The notes below the pieces were generated by a model. The model saw only the letters and a list, made by a program, of their open reading frames with translations, was not told the DNA's origin and made no database searches. A stretch of 64,000 bases of DNA from a virus. A program made the translations under genes and the position numbers. Position 1 is the stretch's first letter. Every line of letters begins with the position of its first letter. This document shows positions 60,983 through 64,000 of the stretch, one piece after another. Where the stretch lies: IMG/VR virus record IMGVR_UViG_3300001688_000312. The stretch is one strand, 5' to 3'.

Positions 60983-63457
60983 TTAATCATACAAATAAGA
61001 AGTCATTTTAGTAGTACCTAATATGTCATCCCACTTTATTCCAAATATATCGATAATCTGAGACACCATAGATTCAAACTGTTTAATGTAAGCATCAACA
61101 TTTACATGCACTGGTTTAGCTAATTGCAGTGGCATAACACTTTCTCTATTCTTATTTTTTAACGTTTTAATTATGGATATTTCTGTTCCTAACTCATATT
61201 GATATCCTGATTCTATTAATTGTTTTACTGCTTTTACGTGTTGTGGTACCCCTTTTTTGTATTCTTCTGGCATCTTGGAAGATGTTATGTGAAACGCTAA
61301 CTCAGATAATTCTCCCCATTTACGTTTTTTAAGGTTATTATAACCTTCCTTTATTATAACAGATATCTGATTTTTAGCGTTTGGAATGTCATCTTCAGTT
61401 TGTATTTTCTGTATTTCCTTAATTATACGTGAATAATACAATTTATAAAAATTCGGCACATGCTTCTTTCCACCAGTCAACCCCTTAATATCTATATCAC
61501 CGTTTTCTTTTACTCCAAAATAATTCTTCTTCCTAGTACTAAAACCCATAAACTTAAACACTTTATCTTCTTCAAGTTCTATACCAAACTTAGAAAAAGC
61601 CCAATTCTGCAAAGACTTAATAATTTCAGGGTTAGTATCACTAATAAATAAACTGTCTGTGTCACCATAATGTATATTTATTCCTAATTCTTTGGCATGT
61701 TCTATTGTTTGCATCGTTACTGAACGTGAAATTCCAGCAATTTCCTCTGACGCTACAGGACAATAAAATGCAAAACTTTCAGAAGCTGAAACTCCATAAT
61801 CCCCATTTACAATAACTTTAATTACTTGCTCAATAGCTTTATAAGTATTACGTTGTGACTGTGTTAACTCTTTATTTTTAGATTGTTTTTTATAATAATT
61901 TAGTCGTAAATCTCTTAATGCACCAACAAATATACTTTCTATTGCACGATTCTTTTTACATATATGATGTGGTAAATCCGCAAATTTATTATCGATACAA
62001 TTTGGATGTGGACAATTAATAGTAGCATACCCAATATTATAATTCTTTTTAACACTAGGATATAGACTTCCAAAGTCTAACCCTTTCATTTTAAATGGTA
62101 TTCCAGCTTTAGGTTTAACTACTAATGCTCCTTCGTATTGTTTACCTTTAACTTTAGATTTAGTAGCAGGTTTACCTTTCACTCTTAAAATATCTTCAAC
62201 TCTTGGAATTAAATAGTTCATTTTTCGGTGAGCGTTAAATAAATATTGTCCTATCCATGCCCCAACTGCTCTTCTTGAACATTCCTCTATAGACATACGG
62301 CTAATTCTAGCAATTAACGTTATTAAATTCATTACAAGCTCATCATCAAAAGTTGTAAGTTCATATGTAAGCATAGCGTCTTGCATACAATAATTTATTA
62401 ATTCATTATAATCCATTTCACCCATAGTTTTATGTTCTTGATTAAGTTTCTGTTTATTAAGTAACGCATTCGAAACTTTATCTAACGATACTGTTTTATA
62501 TCTTCCTTGAAACGCATAATTTTGGATTGCGGTAATATTAAAGAATCTATACAAATCAATATGTAAACTATTTTCTATATATATAACTTTTTTGTTAGGT
62601 AGTACATGGAACGGTATTTTTGACGGCGGTATCCCTAATCGATGTGCTCTATTTTTCAAATACAAAAAATCAAATTCGTCACCATTAAACGTTAACATCA
62701 TGGGATAATGAGATATTACTTCAAACGTTTTCAATAACAAGTCGGTTTCGCTACCAAAAACATATAATTCATCTACATTTGGATATTGTTCTAATTTTTT
62801 GTTTGGTTGTAAAAGCATTAAACATATACGTTTACCTTCGTATGTATATATACATACACACAACACTGGATAATTAGCTACTGTAGGTAAAGGCATTTTT
62901 TTATTTTCATTTAACACTTCTATATCTATTGAAGCTCGTTTAAAATATGGTATTTTATATTCAAATAACTCCAATAATTCTCTACTAACATTTTTTTCTT
63001 CAAACAAAATAAGCAAATCGTCAATACATTTTTCAATGTTTACATCTTTATCTATAATACATTTATTATCAGTTAACTTATATGGCATTCCTATTAAAAG
63101 TTGATTATCAAACGTGTAAGATTTATTTATATCAATACCGTTCTCCCAAAACGGATTTTCTAAGCCATTTTCAGTTAATATACTGGAGTATTTCTTGGTA
63201 GCTTTCATTTCTTGTTGACTATTAAAAAATCCCTGATACATAGTAATTAACTTATCATTTAAAGCATCATATTTCGTTACAGGAGTTGTCTTTATTGCCT
63301 TTAATTGCTTAAAATGTTCTTCTGTGTTCGATAAACAATATGCCTTATATTTATTATCATAAATTTTATGTATATTACCTGTATCTTCATCATAGAACTT
63401 CATATACACTGACTTTTTTTCTGAATCATAATCTACTGATATTAAATATAATGCCAT
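60983..63457 (-). CDS. polB: family B DNA polymerase, archaeal PolB1-like
   Basis: Exo motifs DIE, FNGDEFD, YCMQDA; Pol motifs DFGSLYPS, K...N..YG, YGDTDS, KKNY; N-terminal SVDYD....Y.KFYD. Confidence 0.95.
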   Translation of the reverse strand: MALYLISVDYDSEKKSVYMKFYDEDTGNIHKIYDNKYKAYCLSNTEEHFKQLKAIKTTPVTKYDALNDKLITMYQGFFNSQQEMKATKKYSSILTENGLENPFWENGIDINKSYTFDNQLLIGMPYKLTDNKCIIDKDVNIEKCIDDLLILFEEKNVSRELLELFEYKIPYFKRASIDIEVLNENKKMPLPTVANYPVLCVCIYTYEGKRICLMLLQPNKKLEQYPNVDELYVFGSETDLLLKTFEVISHYPMMLTFNGDEFDFLYLKNRAHRLGIPPSKIPFHVLPNKKVIYIENSLHIDLYRFFNITAIQNYAFQGRYKTVSLDKVSNALLNKQKLNQEHKTMGEMDYNELINYCMQDAMLTYELTTFDDELVMNLITLIARISRMSIEECSRRAVGAWIGQYLFNAHRKMNYLIPRVEDILRVKGKPATKSKVKGKQYEGALVVKPKAGIPFKMKGLDFGSLYPSVKKNYNIGYATINCPHPNCIDNKFADLPHHICKKNRAIESIFVGALRDLRLNYYKKQSKNKELTQSQRNTYKAIEQVIKVIVNGDYGVSASESFAFYCPVASEEIAGISRSVTMQTIEHAKELGINIHYGDTDSLFISDTNPEIIKSLQNWAFSKFGIELEEDKVFKFMGFSTRKKNYFGVKENGDIDIKGLTGGKKHVPNFYKLYYSRIIKEIQKIQTEDDIPNAKNQISVIIKEGYNNLKKRKWGELSELAFHITSSKMPEEYKKGVPQHVKAVKQLIESGYQYELGTEISIIKTLKNKNRESVMPLQLAKPVHVNVDAYIKQFESMVSQIIDIFGIKWDDILGTTKMTSYLYD

Positions 63458-63567
63458 TATAGTTACCTTACCATATAATATTGACTGACTAATATATAAA
63501 TGTTAATTTCAATATTGGTAAAATAATATTTATATTATTGATATAATAAATATTATATTGATATCAC

Positions 63568-63909
63568 ATGAACAATATAAAGTTTATCATAGATGGTGGA
63601 TGTAGTAACATAATTAATATAAATGACCGATGGGGAGAAATAAAGTTACTTAAGGGTAAAACTATAATTTCTAATGTTGGTTTCATAATCCAAAATGACC
63701 AAATCTATATAGACACCCTAATAATAAATGAGCCAATAAAAAAATCAATTTATCCCGAAATAATAATTGGCATATTAAAAGGATTATCTAAAATTTTTGG
63801 TAAACCATTATTCTTTGATTGTGACGATGCGGATTTATATAGTTTTCTGATAACCCAAGAATTTATAAGTATGAATGATATTACATTATGTTGGATTCCA
63901 AAAATATAG
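63568..63909 (+). CDS. hypothetical protein, possibly GNAT-like fold
   Basis: 113 aa; secondary-structure pattern only. Confidence 0.4.
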   Translation: MNNIKFIIDGGCSNIININDRWGEIKLLKGKTIISNVGFIIQNDQIYIDTLIINEPIKKSIYPEIIIGILKGLSKIFGKPLFFDCDDADLYSFLITQEFISMNDITLCWIPKI

Positions 63910-64000
63910 TGATTAAATAATGACATTACTAATAAAACTTCATAATAATAAAAATGGTAAAACTACTAATAAAACAAATAATACTGTTTACAAATCAATA

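Overview
AT-rich 64 kb segment that reads as part of a large tailed (head-tail) virus of archaea, most plausibly of a TACK/Bathyarchaeia-like host. Support: BRE-TATA promoters and GAGGT/GGTG ribosome-binding sites, a PolB1-like polymerase, a tRNA with a bulge-helix-bulge intron, and surface-protein motifs typical of Bathyarchaeia. There are four blocks. (1) 1-21 kb: early/host-takeover-like region of many small, mostly monocistronic promoter-RBS-ORF cassettes, interspersed with non-coding structure: a family of ~80 nt small-RNA-like units between convergent promoters, tandem BRE-TATA arrays, a composite DNA module recurring every ~6-7 kb, minigenes and low-complexity repeats. (2) 21.4-25.2 kb: small minus-strand ORFs. 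(3) 25.7-50.7 kb: virion module, including a ~5,500-codon LamG/DUF2341 fibre-adhesin gene broken by three frameshifts, head-tail/tail-completion-like genes, and a tnpB-only IS200/IS605 element inserted without changing the flanking protein. (4) 51-63.5 kb: minus-strand replication/metabolism genes (thioredoxin, two tRNAs, Pth2, terminase-like mini-ATPase, class III RNR, dimeric dUTPase, PolB). All calls come from reading motifs by eye; no database searches were run.
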